IMG/VR virus record: IMGVR_UViG_3300037423_000296
Location: 11,541-75,540 of that record
Strand: one strand, 5' to 3'
Source: a virus
Taxonomy: Duplodnaviria > Heunggongvirae > Uroviricota > Caudoviricetes
Length of the DNA: 64,000 bases
Shown here: positions 17,874 through 27,768 of the stretch, in pieces
Layout of the letters: every line of letters starts with the position of its first letter
Position numbering within the stretch: position 1 is the stretch's first letter
Translations under genes and position numbers: made by a program
The notes under the pieces: generated by a model
What the model was told of the DNA's origin: nothing
The model's database searches: none
Seen by the model: only the letters and a program-made list of their open reading frames with translations

Positions 17874-19306
17874 GCATGAAGGGCTAGATGACCCCCGTTA
17901 AGAACCCATCTAGCCCTAGTGCTCTTCCGCACGACGGTTTGAGCAGTTAACCAATCAGGCACCTGACAAATGCTATTGGTTCTCTGTGCTTCCGGTTGTC
18001 AGCCTCACAGAGTGGGCTTATGCCTCCGTTATCTCAACCACCATTAGCACGGAAGCTACACTAATGGTGTGTAAAAGTGAAGAGAGCCAGCCGACGCATT
18101 GCATCACAGCAAAGCATTCAGTCTAAATGCCTTTCATCGTTGACTAGACGATTAAGCTCTCCCCAACTTGCGCTCCCAGCGGGAGTTGAACCCGCGCTAA
18201 TACATTGACAATGTATCGTGCTGCCGTAACACTTTGAGAGCAATCGCCGGGTTTTGTTAAGTGGCTCCCTGCTAATACCCGGCTGATTAGCAGAAATCTT
18301 GAGCCGATGAGTGAATGCGCCTACCCATTCCACAGGGCTTTAGTACGCATTCGCTAGTGGAATTCCCTAACTCGCCTTGAGCGTCGGGCTAGCCTCACCA
18401 CGTGTTTTTGTCGTTGCCATGACTAGTATTGGCTTTCCCGTCTCGCCAGACGTTCCACGCAATGAGTAACCTTTGACGTTATCGCCGGTTGCGGTCCTTG
18501 AATGCTACCCGGTAAACCGGACATCTTCACCTAACCTCACTGCCGCTCTATGCCTAAGGATGCTATTTATACTCGCATAGACGAGTGTTGAGGCGCATTA
18601 GCTGTCGTATGCTATGCGAATTGATAGGTCAGTCCGGGGCTCGTTCTACAGGTTCCAGCCTTCGCCACTTCAACCCGCTTCCACCCTAACCATTCCATTC
18701 TGGCTCTCCGCACAAGGGACTAGAACCCAAGCTCTCCTCAACGTGTCACCCCATCCGGTTAATTCCGGTCCTGCCAACCCCAGTTAAAGGCTGACTATGC
18801 TTTCCTGCTTAACGGCAGGCCTATACACTAATGGGAAGCTTATGGGGTGGACGCTAAGACCAGTGTTCTTCATTCCGGGCGTACCGGACTTCCACTTACG
18901 TCTCTTATCTAACACAAGACCCCGCAGAATTTCGAATCGGTGCCAGTTCACCCTGTGATTCTCCATTCTGACCCCGGCTTTTTCTAGCAAGCGTGACCAA
19001 GCCACCGGGGATTTGCTTTTGCTGGTGTGGGTGGCGTTTATACACTCTCCCCTAATCCGGGCGTACCCAGAAGCCACATGCCCATCTTGTCTAGTGTTAG
19101 ACCAGCAATTCGCTATTCAGTTGTCAAGGTGTTGCCTAACTTCCTTGGTTTGTATATCTTAATCTTGCCTTGATTCTCGGAGCTTGTCAAGTAGCTGTGG
19201 GAAGTTTTTCATCATCTCGGCCCACTGCTCAGACTCAGCCTTGAGACACTTGGCACACCGCTCCTCGTGCCAACCAGTAGTCTCACTACCCGGCTTGCAG
19301 TCGCAG

Positions 19307-19540
19307 TCAGTCATCCCTATACCAGTCTTTCAGGAACAGAGTCCCTACCTTGTGATACCGCCTGCCATATCGCCACTGTACTTCGCAACCGGCAGGACAT
19401 TGAAGCTTTGTTCGTGGACCAGCACCCTTGTTGGAAAGGGTTCTATGCCAAGTGGCTACAGCATGGCACTCTGGACACCTGTGAGGCTTGTCCTCGTTGC
19501 GCTTAACCCACCGCATACTGAGCCAGCTTAGCCTCTGCAA
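19307..19540 (-). CDS. hypothetical Cys-rich (zinc-finger-like) protein
   Basis: ORF track; CPEC..CPAGC. Confidence 0.4.
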   Translation of the reverse strand: MQRLSWLSMRWVKRNEDKPHRCPECHAVATWHRTLSNKGAGPRTKLQCPAGCEVQWRYGRRYHKVGTLFLKDWYRDD

Positions 19541-19698
19541 TAGCCCGCAGGCTTTGCATGTGCCAATCCATGAGGTTGTGTACGTCTTGCGGGTGCATGT
19601 TCAGCTTCTTGGCTGTCATGGTCTCAGCTTCGGTTACTTCACAACCCATGTCGTTGTGGTAATCCTCGCAAACTGGAATGTTCATGAATCCTCCATCT

Positions 19699-19935
19699 TC
19701 ATAACCAACCCCGGCTTCTCAGTCGGGCGACAGCCTCTTTCTTCGTGGGGAACTCTTCCAACTCTTCCCATTCGCCATTAGGCGTTACGGGTCGCTGAGT
19801 GATTACCCAAACGGAAGATGTGGTCTCAACATATCGCTGCTCTTTGACCGACCATCCCTCACCAAGGGAGTCAATCCTCTCGACACGGTATTGTCCGTCG
19901 TTTGTCTGATAAACCCCCGATTCAATACGCTTCAT
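19699..19935 (-). CDS. hypothetical protein
   Basis: ORF track; AGGAGGA RBS. Confidence 0.5.
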   Translation of the reverse strand: MKRIESGVYQTNDGQYRVERIDSLGEGWSVKEQRYVETTSSVWVITQRPVTPNGEWEELEEFPTKKEAVARLRSRGWL

Positions 19936-19946
19936 GGATAATCCTC

Positions 19947-20150
19947 CTAAACCTTGAGAGTCTTGTCAAGGCCTTTAGCCTTCTTCAAGGCCAAATCCGC
20001 GACTTCTTCGTAGTCCCAACAGCTAAAACTCTCAGCCTTGACAGTCTCCATGGCTTCATCCCAAAGCTCATTCAGGTGGTCTACCTCGTACTGGTCGTTT
20101 CGCCTGCGAGCCTTCCAAATGAGATTGTTGAATTGCTCAAGCCGGGTCAT
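19947..20150 (-). CDS. hypothetical protein
   Basis: ORF track. Confidence 0.45.
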   Translation of the reverse strand: MTRLEQFNNLIWKARRRNDQYEVDHLNELWDEAMETVKAESFSCWDYEEVADLALKKAKGLDKTLKV

Positions 20151-20338
20151 GTCGTCAACTGCAATTCTGAGCCGTAGGCAACAAAAGTATCTGCGCCACT
20201 CATCCAGGGGTCGGTGTACCTCACGAGAAACAGGCGACCGGTGTACGCATCCTTAACTTCAGAGACGATTTCAACCAAACCCGCTGGAAAAGCCGGGTTG
20301 TTATTTTCATGCTGAAACAACAGCGCTGGCTCAGTCAA
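20147..20338 (-). CDS. hypothetical protein
   Basis: ORF track. Confidence 0.45.
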   Translation of the reverse strand: MTEPALLFQHENNNPAFPAGLVEIVSEVKDAYTGRLFLVRYTDPWMSGADTFVAYGSELQLTT

Positions 20339-20540
20339 TTGGCACCTCTGTGTCCAATTCGAAAACCCGTGCTCCCTGGCCTCCGTCGTAATGCTTCACC
20401 GGAACGAAAACCATCTTCTTTCCGTCCTCAACGCTCCACGCTACGACGGCATCGCCGGTAGCTTTCCAGTCACCGTGAATCCGACCCCTTTCGTCGCGAT
20501 TGGTGTAGGTGTTGCCGGTCTTGATGTCCTGAGCTTTCAT
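20331..20540 (-). CDS. hypothetical protein (start at MKAQDIK)
   Basis: ORF track trimmed. Confidence 0.4.
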   Translation of the reverse strand: MKAQDIKTGNTYTNRDERGRIHGDWKATGDAVVAWSVEDGKKMVFVPVKHYDGGQGARVFELDTEVPID

Positions 20541-20541
20541 G

Positions 20542-20847
20542 TCACTCTCCAAACGTCTTGAAGTGCGATTCAAGGAATGCGATTGATTCCTCAATGGTGC
20601 TACCAATGATACTACCACCACTGTGGGGTTCGCCGGTAGTGTAGTAGTAGGCAATTGCCCAGCTTTGAGACCAAACTGGATATGCCACCAACAATTGCGA
20701 TTTCCCCTCAGGTTGAAGGTTCGCATTGCAATTGACGTAGGCCGGTGCGTATCCAATCGTTGCCCGCGTCTTGCCGCCAGACTTCCGCACTGACGACTCT
20801 TCGAATTGTTGGATAAGCTCTTGAAGTCGGTCGAATTTGGTTGTCAT
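20542..20847 (-). CDS. hypothetical protein
   Basis: ORF track; GGAGGA RBS. Confidence 0.5.
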   Translation of the reverse strand: MTTKFDRLQELIQQFEESSVRKSGGKTRATIGYAPAYVNCNANLQPEGKSQLLVAYPVWSQSWAIAYYYTTGEPHSGGSIIGSTIEESIAFLESHFKTFGE

Positions 20848-20993
20848 TACTCCTCCTCAACTTCCTGAGCCGCGATTTCCTCGTCGGTCGGCGTGCACAG
20901 ATATCCCTTCATGCCATTCGCGTACTCAACCTCTACCCGCACCATTTTTCCTCCAGAGAGTAAGAGACCCTAGCTTGACTAGGTTAGGGGTAC

Positions 20994-21022
20994 AGCTTAG
21001 CGTACCGGGAGGAGCTTGTCAA
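20994..21022 (-). promoter_or_regulatory. promoter TTGACA-N17-TAAGCT
   Basis: consensus match. Confidence 0.5.
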
Positions 21023-21193
21023 CCAGTTGATTCTAAGTACCCACTCATGATAGATATAAACCCGCCACTGAAACGGGGGTTTGAAGTGGGGGCCGGTCAG
21101 CGGGACGGACATGAGGGGTTATGGGGGTCAACGTCCCGCCGACCGGTGATTAATAGTACACCAAGCGTGATTACTGGTCAAATGTGAATTTGG

Positions 21194-21394
21194 TTACAGA
21201 CCGTCACTAAGGTCGGCATGGTCCATCATACCTCGTGCCGTAGAACCCTCGTCCAGAACCCTCAGATAGCCGTCTGCGCCACGTTTGCACATCTCCCACA
21301 GTGGTGCCTCAGGACGGCTTCCCAGAGCCTTACGGACCAGCCAGTCGCCTCGGTGCCAGCCCTCATGGTCACGAGTCCAGGTAGTCTCCATCAA
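21194..21394 (-). CDS. hypothetical protein
   Basis: ORF track. Confidence 0.4.
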   Translation of the reverse strand: MMETTWTRDHEGWHRGDWLVRKALGSRPEAPLWEMCKRGADGYLRVLDEGSTARGMMDHADLSDGL

Positions 21395-21609
21395 TGCCGT
21401 CCTCGCGTAGCCTCGCTGTACGATTCGATGATGGTTTGCGCCTCTTCCAGCCCGCCCAAATGTGCGGACAATCGGGCAATCCTCATTCGGTCAACAAGAG
21501 TGACCTTCTCCTGCGCTTCGAGGGTTCGAACTTTCTTTCGAATTTTCTCGATGCGCGCTTGCAGTGCAGCTTCGGCCACCCCGTCAGGCATGGCGCTCCT
21601 TGTTGGCAC
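21391..21609 (-). CDS. hypothetical protein
   Basis: ORF track. Confidence 0.45.
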   Translation of the reverse strand: MPTRSAMPDGVAEAALQARIEKIRKKVRTLEAQEKVTLVDRMRIARLSAHLGGLEEAQTIIESYSEATRGRH

Positions 21610-21784
21610 GAGCCTCGGCCAGCTTGCCCTTCATGTACTGAAGAGCGGCGGTTCTGTTGGTGATTACCTCATCCTGAAACACGTACTTAGTCGGACCTTT
21701 CGGGTCAGGCTGAGTTGCGTAATGGAAAAGGTCTTGCCCCGTCAGGTTTACGTACTCCTGATTCAGAGCTTGGAATTCGCTCAT
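21584..21784 (-). CDS. hypothetical protein
   Basis: ORF track. Confidence 0.45.
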   Translation of the reverse strand: MSEFQALNQEYVNLTGQDLFHYATQPDPKGPTKYVFQDEVITNRTAALQYMKGKLAEARANKERHA

Positions 21785-21823
21785 GCCACCGGCTCCCTTC
21801 GACTGATTGGTACTTAGGGCTGA

Positions 21824-21853
21824 AGCCTATCAAGCGGGATAAGCCGATGTCAA
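21824..21853 (-). promoter_or_regulatory. promoter TTGACA-N18-TAGGCT
   Basis: consensus match. Confidence 0.5.
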
Positions 21854-21875
21854 GGCCTGTCTCAGCATTCAGTCG

Positions 21876-22094
21876 TCATACAACTTCAATGGGCGGGCAG
21901 TAAATGTGTATGCCACTGCCATTTGGATACGGGGTGTGTACGCAGTGATTCTTGGTCTTGTAAATTACCGCCCGGATTTGGTCATCAATCGGACCATCAA
22001 ACGTCTCAAGGTCAACAACCGATGCAAGCATAATGAGAGCCGTAACCTCTTTTCCGGTGAATACGGTGTCTCGTGAACGATTCCAGAACATCAA
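21876..22094 (-). CDS. hypothetical protein
   Basis: ORF track. Confidence 0.45.
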   Translation of the reverse strand: MMFWNRSRDTVFTGKEVTALIMLASVVDLETFDGPIDDQIRAVIYKTKNHCVHTPYPNGSGIHIYCPPIEVV

Positions 22095-22179
22095 TCCTCC
22101 CCTTTGAATCTAGCTTGAATAAGAAGCCACATGGAAATGACGATGAGGATAATGAGAGCAATAAATCCGAGAATCCTCA

Positions 22180-22398
22180 TCAGTCACCCTTATAAGGTGA
22201 AGTCCAGCCGGGTGGAAAGTCGTATGTCTCCAGTACTACACCATCCCGAATAATCCGGATTGTCGCGTAGTAATCTGCGTCATTGCTCAGGCCGTATTCC
22301 TTGACCCATTTGATTGCCTGTGCATAGGACAGGGTTTCTCCAACCTCTGCCTTAAATCCGTCGTATTCTCGCTGTACCACAAAAGGCTTAATTGCCAT
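22180..22398 (-). CDS. hypothetical protein (start trimmed to MAIKPFVV)
   Basis: ORF track. Confidence 0.4.
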   Translation of the reverse strand: MAIKPFVVQREYDGFKAEVGETLSYAQAIKWVKEYGLSNDADYYATIRIIRDGVVLETYDFPPGWTSPYKGD

Positions 22399-22444
22399 GT
22401 TCGCCACCGCATATACTTGAGCAGTTTGCCCAGGTCCGTACAAG

Positions 22445-22684
22445 TCAACTCCTATGTTCAAACGGCCACGTTGGGTCGTAATCAAATGCCCACAATGTGA
22501 CATCTCCGACATATTCAAATACCGTACCGACTAGCAAGTCGGTTGGGCCGGATGATTGTGCGTAAACAGCATACTCCGTCTTATCGCGCTCCGCAACACC
22601 TTCGGCAGCAGCAATGCAGCCTTTCAAGGTAGGGAACAATCCCGAAGTATCTTCTGTCTTAACGTTCTCGTAGTAATATCCCAC
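22445..22684 (-). CDS. hypothetical protein
   Basis: ORF track. Confidence 0.45.
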   Translation of the reverse strand: MGYYYENVKTEDTSGLFPTLKGCIAAAEGVAERDKTEYAVYAQSSGPTDLLVGTVFEYVGDVTLWAFDYDPTWPFEHRS

Positions 22685-22700
22685 ATTTCCTCCAGGGGAT

Positions 22701-23072
22701 TTATGCAGCCGCGTAACGGCTCCTATCTAGCGTTTTGTGCTGGTCCCACTTAGTGTTTACCCAGACAGTCTTGCACCGCCAAGGCTTATCCCCGTTGGGA
22801 ATCAATACTATGCAAAGGTCACGCTGGTCGTCAAGGCGACCGCGAAAAAGAATCTTGGAAACGGTTTTACCGACCATTCCAACCTCAATTACCCGCATCC
22901 TGTGCAGGCTGAGAGTCTTGGGAAGCCGGATTTCTCCGTAGCGGTCGGCGCGAGCTTCAGCGCGAGCGTGAGAGTCAGGACTGGAACCGTAGTTGATTTC
23001 GATGCGGTGAGTCGGGGCCACAAAGCCCTTGGGGAGTCCGAGTTCAGCGTGGTAAAGCGTCTCAGTCAGCAT
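22701..23072 (-). CDS. hypothetical protein
   Basis: ORF track. Confidence 0.5.
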   Translation of the reverse strand: MLTETLYHAELGLPKGFVAPTHRIEINYGSSPDSHARAEARADRYGEIRLPKTLSLHRMRVIEVGMVGKTVSKILFRGRLDDQRDLCIVLIPNGDKPWRCKTVWVNTKWDQHKTLDRSRYAAA

Positions 23073-23079
23073 GTGTAAG

Positions 23080-23109
23080 AGACTACAGCCTGACTGAGAC
23101 GCTTGTCAA
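23080..23109 (-). promoter_or_regulatory. promoter TTGACA-N18-TAGTCT
   Basis: consensus match. Confidence 0.5.
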
Positions 23110-23372
23110 CCCTTATTCAGAGACTCAAGCCAGTCTCTTACAGCAGACTCCAGCATGTCTTCGGCGTAATCGATTTCGTCGCCTGCATGAGGATTCTCCG
23201 GACGCTCGTCGGCAGACTGCCAGGCATTCTTGAGTCGCGTGGCCCAGATTACCACAATGGACAAATCGCTTGGAGGATTGCCGGTAGAAATTCCGTAATC
23301 CTCTGCCATTCCCCTAATGAATCCCCACTCCTCTTCCTGAGTCGCAAGGCGGGTTTCGTAGAAATCACTCAT
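23106..23372 (-). CDS. hypothetical protein
   Basis: ORF track. Confidence 0.5.
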   Translation of the reverse strand: MSDFYETRLATQEEEWGFIRGMAEDYGISTGNPPSDLSIVVIWATRLKNAWQSADERPENPHAGDEIDYAEDMLESAVRDWLESLNKG

Positions 23373-24007
23373 AGTGTCTTAATCCAATCTCTGATGACCG
23401 AATGGTGAACCGGCGTGTAATCGTTCACATCCACACCGACATTGAACATATTTCCTTCAATCCGGCGCTTCTCGTGAATGTGTCCGTGAATGAGAGGCAA
23501 GTTAGAGTCAGTCGGCCTCTTGTCAACGTGCCGGTCATTCTCCTGAGAATCCCCCGAGTAAGGGAAGTGACTCAGGGTAATGTAGGACTCCAGATGCGGA
23601 ATCCACGTCTGAACAATCTCAGGCCAAATGACATTGAAGACCTTACGGTATTCAGGGTCGAAGCGATTTCGAGACTTCTCCTTTTCACCAGAGAAAACCC
23701 TATCATGGTTACCCGGCACCAATACCTTGCAGCCATTCAGCAGGCCGACCAAAGGTAGACTATCAGCAATCTTGCCCAGTGCAACATCCCCCAAGTGAAT
23801 AGCCAAATCCTCCGAACGTACAACGGTATTCCAGTTGTCAATGAGAGTTTGGTCGTGAAGGTCGATGTCCGGCTCATTGTGAGTTAAGAAAGGCCGGTTA
23901 CTCAGATTGATGATATTCCGGTGACTGAAGTGGGTATCACTGGTGAACCACACATTGTCGAATTTCATGAAAAATGCGGCAATTGCGCCAGTGTTGAAAG
24001 TAAGCAT
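23369..24007 (-). CDS. calcineurin-like metallophosphoesterase
   Basis: SDTHF.., LGDV, GNHD motifs. Confidence 0.8.
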   Translation of the reverse strand: MLTFNTGAIAAFFMKFDNVWFTSDTHFSHRNIINLSNRPFLTHNEPDIDLHDQTLIDNWNTVVRSEDLAIHLGDVALGKIADSLPLVGLLNGCKVLVPGNHDRVFSGEKEKSRNRFDPEYRKVFNVIWPEIVQTWIPHLESYITLSHFPYSGDSQENDRHVDKRPTDSNLPLIHGHIHEKRRIEGNMFNVGVDVNDYTPVHHSVIRDWIKTL

Positions 24008-24013
24008 GTGAAG

Positions 24014-24042
24014 AGCCTATCTGACTAGCTAGAGTTTGTCAA
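24014..24042 (-). promoter_or_regulatory. promoter TTGACA-N17-TAGGCT
   Basis: consensus match. Confidence 0.55.
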
Positions 24043-24050
24043 TGGAGGGG

Positions 24051-24248
24051 TCACCGGTCTTGTGCATTCTTCTTCTCCATATCAATGATGAATTGGGCAG
24101 CCTCGTCTTTGACGGACTGCGGTGATTGAAGCAATAGCTCAGCAAGCCGGTTCTTTCCCGTGCCATCCGGCAGGAAATCTAGCTGCTGAAACAGAAAGGC
24201 GAATGTCCGAGCCGCCCACTCGTTGGTCTCCATAGGAAAGTCTCCCAA
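24051..24248 (-). CDS. hypothetical protein
   Basis: ORF track. Confidence 0.45.
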   Translation of the reverse strand: MGDFPMETNEWAARTFAFLFQQLDFLPDGTGKNRLAELLLQSPQSVKDEAAQFIIDMEKKNAQDR

Positions 24249-24322
24249 AATAGTAGTGATTGTGTAACGCCATTCACAGTCTATCGTAGGAGACTTGCCA
24301 TGTCAACGAAGGAAAACCTTCT

Positions 24323-24565
24323 TCACCAGAACTTTGCAATGAAGTGGATTGCCACGTAGATAATCCCGGCTGTCAGAGCAAGGCTAAGCAGTGCCCCGAT
24401 AAGCCAGACAATCACAAAGCCAATGCCAACCTTGCGTTCAATGTCACGCAATGTAACTCCTCCCTTAATCCTCGTCATCTGGAGTGCCGAATTCAAACAC
24501 AATGAAATCCGGCAGAAATATTGAGAGTACAACCACTGCAATTCCGACCATGACCAAAGCTGCAC
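24323..24565 (-). CDS. small membrane protein
   Basis: ORF track; hydrophobic. Confidence 0.4.
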   Translation of the reverse strand: MQLWSWSELQWLYSQYFCRISLCLNSALQMTRIKGGVTLRDIERKVGIGFVIVWLIGALLSLALTAGIIYVAIHFIAKFW

Positions 24566-24656
24566 CGACGAAAAGCCCGAGCACCATCAGAGCCATTCCA
24601 ACAGAGTACCCGATTTCATCCAGCGAAATGAAGTGATGCCCAATGTTGATTTTCAT
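24465..24656 (-). CDS. small membrane protein
   Basis: ORF track; overlaps neighbour. Confidence 0.3.
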   Translation of the reverse strand: MKINIGHHFISLDEIGYSVGMALMVLGLFVGAALVMVGIAVVVLSIFLPDFIVFEFGTPDDED

Positions 24657-25400
24657 TTACCGGCCCTTCTGCTTGAGCGTACTATCCAAGGAAACCTTAC
24701 CGGAGAATGCAGCCCTCATCAAGCCGGGGAACTGATTCAAGGTAATGATTGACGCAACGGTGTTGTGTCGGAACATCTTGGAAAGCTCGTCGGCAACCCG
24801 CTCATCTGCGACAGACTCAACCCCGACATGGACAGCAGGCTCACGGAGAGCGTCAGCCAAATTTATGTCCAGAGCGAATCCCTTGGTGACCGTGAATCGA
24901 ATTGCCCTGAGAGCCCTCAGCGGGTCTTCTGACAGCCTTTCTAGTGGGTCACCTACAGCCCTAACAATCCGGCGCTTGATGTCCCTAAAGCCGTCGTGAG
25001 GGTCAATGAAGTTACCAGTGCTATCCTTGGCAATGGCATTCATGGTGAAATCCCGCCGCTTTAGGTCGTCGCCAAGCTTACCCGGCTCAACCTTGTCAGG
25101 CCTGCGTCCGTCCGTGTAATCCGACTCCTTGCGAGCCAGCACAAAGTCGGCAGCCATGCCAGGGTAAGTCGGGTGATTCTTCGGGAATTGTCCACGAGCC
25201 GTCAAGAATTCGGGGGTCGTCACGAAAATGGTGAATCCCTGCTTCTTCAGCATGTCCACCATCGTTTGAAACGGATTGAATTCCAGCCCGCCAATTGGGT
25301 TCCAATCGTACTGAGCGAGAACGCAAGTGAAATCAATGTCCTTCGATGGAATACCCAGGATTTCATCCCGAACACAACCGCCTACTTCAAAGAGTTGCAT
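24657..25400 (-). CDS. cca: tRNA nucleotidyltransferase (CCA-adding enzyme / polyA polymerase head domain)
   Basis: GGCVRDEILG..DIDF and RRDFTMNAIA motifs. Confidence 0.85.
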   Translation of the reverse strand: MQLFEVGGCVRDEILGIPSKDIDFTCVLAQYDWNPIGGLEFNPFQTMVDMLKKQGFTIFVTTPEFLTARGQFPKNHPTYPGMAADFVLARKESDYTDGRRPDKVEPGKLGDDLKRRDFTMNAIAKDSTGNFIDPHDGFRDIKRRIVRAVGDPLERLSEDPLRALRAIRFTVTKGFALDINLADALREPAVHVGVESVADERVADELSKMFRHNTVASIITLNQFPGLMRAAFSGKVSLDSTLKQKGR

Positions 25401-25403
25401 AAT

Positions 25404-25589
25404 TCAGTCCAATCCCCTAGGGTCAAACTTGGTGTAATTCAGACCGTTAGCCTCAACGAAATCAACAAGTGTATCCCAGCACTCTTGCTCAGCCCGGATA
25501 TTAGCTTCAGAGTCATCATCAATCAGACGATTACTCGCCTTGACCCACAAATCTCGTAGCCTCAAAGCTTCCTTCTCAATCTCGGTCAT
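25404..25589 (-). CDS. hypothetical protein
   Basis: ORF track. Confidence 0.45.
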   Translation of the reverse strand: MTEIEKEALRLRDLWVKASNRLIDDDSEANIRAEQECWDTLVDFVEANGLNYTKFDPRGLD

Positions 25590-25596
25590 GAGACCT

Positions 25597-25626
25597 ACTC
25601 TACCTTGAGAGTCTTGAGGTTGTCAA
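25597..25626 (-). promoter_or_regulatory. promoter TTGACA-N18-TAGAGT
   Basis: consensus match. Confidence 0.5.
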
Positions 25627-25886
25627 GAGCCTTCATCGGGCCGCGTCTCCTCGCGGTTGAAACGGCGGGCTGCCCGCTCAGCGCATTTCCGGGCGGTGCC
25701 GGGGCTGTTGTGAGCATGCGGGCAACGCTCGAATTCCAAACCTTTCTCGCCCCTTCGGACGACGACCCCTCGCCAGACATTCACACGCTGATGGACAAGG
25801 CCGCCGCTGTCCCGCCGCAACATGGTGCGTTTGTCAACGAACTGGATTGGGTCTGACGCATACCAATCGCTAGGCATCGCTCTCAC
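25623..25886 (-). CDS. hypothetical protein
   Basis: ORF track. Confidence 0.45.
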   Translation of the reverse strand: MRAMPSDWYASDPIQFVDKRTMLRRDSGGLVHQRVNVWRGVVVRRGEKGLEFERCPHAHNSPGTARKCAERAARRFNREETRPDEGS

Positions 25887-26073
25887 ATTCCTGACAGCCG
25901 TACTTAGGTTGTTCCTCGTGGTCTGGGCAGATTTCTACGACGGACAAATCGTCGGCATTCGCCGGGTCTTCCGAGATGTATTCACCAAGACGTTCCTGTG
26001 CAGAAAAGTCACTGTAGAAACCTGTCTCTACAAACCCGCCGTCGCTCGCAGTCCAAATGCCGTATTCCTGCAT
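25870..26073 (-). CDS. hypothetical protein
   Basis: ORF track. Confidence 0.45.
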   Translation of the reverse strand: MQEYGIWTASDGGFVETGFYSDFSAQERLGEYISEDPANADDLSVVEICPDHEEQPKYGCQECESDA

Positions 26074-26237
26074 TATTCGCCGTCCTCACCATCAACGTGA
26101 CCTACGACTCGCCAACCCTCGGTCAGCAATTCCTTAACCTCGTCGGTGTCAGGGTCTTCGAACAATGGGCAATGCGACACGTAGGCATAGCGGGTAGGCT
26201 CGTTCTTCTCTCGCCGTAGCATCAATCTGGTTGCCAT
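26073..26237 (-). CDS. small hypothetical protein (54 aa)
   Basis: manual ORF MATRLMLRRE..; AGGAGA RBS. Confidence 0.4.
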   Translation of the reverse strand: MATRLMLRREKNEPTRYAYVSHCPLFEDPDTDEVKELLTEGWRVVGHVDGEDGE

Positions 26238-26268
26238 TGGTATCTCCTTAGCTTGAGTTGATACTCAG

Positions 26269-26297
26269 AGTCTAGTCTGAGAATGTCGGCCTGTCAA
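26269..26297 (-). promoter_or_regulatory. promoter TTGACA-N17-TAGACT
   Basis: consensus match. Confidence 0.55.
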
Positions 26298-26587
26298 GCA
26301 TCGCCGTCCATCAGCTTCCGGAAGAAACGCTTGATACCCTCGCGTCGAGCAATCCGGCGAGAATGCCTGAGTTCCTGTTCGGTCAATGGGTAATCGGCAT
26401 GCCGACTCCGGTAATTCCGGTCGTCTTGGCAGAATTGGCATGGACAAATACTCTGAAAATGCTTCATTAGATTGACCCCGGCTTTCTGCGGGAGGTACTT
26501 AGCGACTTGGCGAGAGGAAACCTGATAGCCGTACCGGGGTCTTCCGATGTTTACTGTTACCAGCTTACCAGAAAACCCCGATTTCCG

Positions 26588-26779
26588 CTACTCCATTTCG
26601 TCGTCTCGGTTGTCCTTACCCAGAAGTTCTCGGAGGACGGCATTACGTCCTCGTTCCCACGCCAGAGCTTCACGATTCGACGGAGTGAACACATCGTCAG
26701 GCTGTGCCTCAAGCTCATCCAGCCGCGCCTCAGATGCTTCGAACAATTCCAATGCTCTGAGCTTGAATTCGTCAGCCAT
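26588..26779 (-). CDS. hypothetical protein (start at MADEFKL)
   Basis: ORF track trimmed; ATGA-type overlap with upstream small ORF. Confidence 0.4.
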   Translation of the reverse strand: MADEFKLRALELFEASEARLDELEAQPDDVFTPSNREALAWERGRNAVLRELLGKDNRDDEME

Positions 26780-27035
26780 TAGCGTCCTCCTGCTCATTCA
26801 TCATTTTGGCAGTCTTCTCAGCCTCTTGCTTGGTCATCAAATCAGTGGCGTATCCGAGATGAGTGTCTTGTACGTAGAAGCGTACGGGCGTGTCATTCTC
26901 CCACGGACCAAGCTCCTTCACCACGTATCTCATCCCTCGTGCTCCTCGTCCTTGACCATGGTAATCATGTAGACGATGTGGTCATCCACTTCCTCTTCGG
27001 TGCCTTCGAATTCACAGTATGGACATTTAGGCATT

Positions 27036-27383
27036 TTACCGACCTTCCTCGCAGAGGTACTGGGTCGCTCCGTCGTAAATCCGGCGACCGGCTCCAGGGT
27101 ACTGAAGCTCAGCCATGTTTGTCAACGTAGTCTCGGAGAAGCTGTGTAGCTCCCCGCAAATCTTGTAGCCGACAAACAGCAGGTTGCCGTTCGGCTCACT
27201 GTTTAGCTCAGGATTGTTCATCCTGACATAGTTGAGGTAGGCGTCGTTGAGCTTGGCGGATTCATCCGATGTGCGACCGTGAGCGGTCATCTCAGGCTCG
27301 CTCGCCTCGTGGATGGCCAGCCCTAGGCCGACGCCTGCAAGAGCCAGCACAACGGCTCCTACGGCCAGCCACCAGCGCTTCAT
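27036..27383 (-). CDS. secreted/membrane-anchored protein (signal peptide)
   Basis: MKRWWLAVGAVVLALAGVGLGLA. Confidence 0.5.
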   Translation of the reverse strand: MKRWWLAVGAVVLALAGVGLGLAIHEASEPEMTAHGRTSDESAKLNDAYLNYVRMNNPELNSEPNGNLLFVGYKICGELHSFSETTLTNMAELQYPGAGRRIYDGATQYLCEEGR

Positions 27384-27694
27384 GACGCGCTCAACTCCCA
27401 GCCAGGGAAGTAAGCAATCAGACCGTCGCCCAGCGGGTCAATCTGAAGGTGAGCGCCGAGCAGACCAGCGTCGTCAGGATTGACGTAATCGGAGCGAGTG
27501 TGGTTCCAGTCCATCTCCCGATACATGGAATCACCGCCCAGCTTCACAAGAAAGCTACCGAGTTCTCCGAAGGTGTCGAATTGAATTCCGAAACCCGGCT
27601 CCAAGTGGGGCTTGATGTGGCTTTTGTAGGACAGGTAGAAATCTCCCGCGTGAACCGCAGCGTTCCGAATGTCCTTGCCAGTGATGGTCAGCAT
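27380..27694 (-). CDS. paralog family A member 1 (C-terminal YFPGWEL)
   Basis: shared FGI(Q/E)FD and (V/A)YFPGW(T/E)L motifs with two neighbours. Confidence 0.5.
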   Translation of the reverse strand: MLTITGKDIRNAAVHAGDFYLSYKSHIKPHLEPGFGIQFDTFGELGSFLVKLGGDSMYREMDWNHTRSDYVNPDDAGLLGAHLQIDPLGDGLIAYFPGWELSAS

Positions 27695-27739
27695 GTTATC
27701 TCCTTCTACTAATTGTTACGGTGTGTTACTGCTACTGAA

Positions 27740-27768
27740 AGTCTAACCTAGGGTCAGACTAATGTCCA
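27740..27768 (-). promoter_or_regulatory. promoter TGGACA-N17-TAGACT
   Basis: consensus match. Confidence 0.5.
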
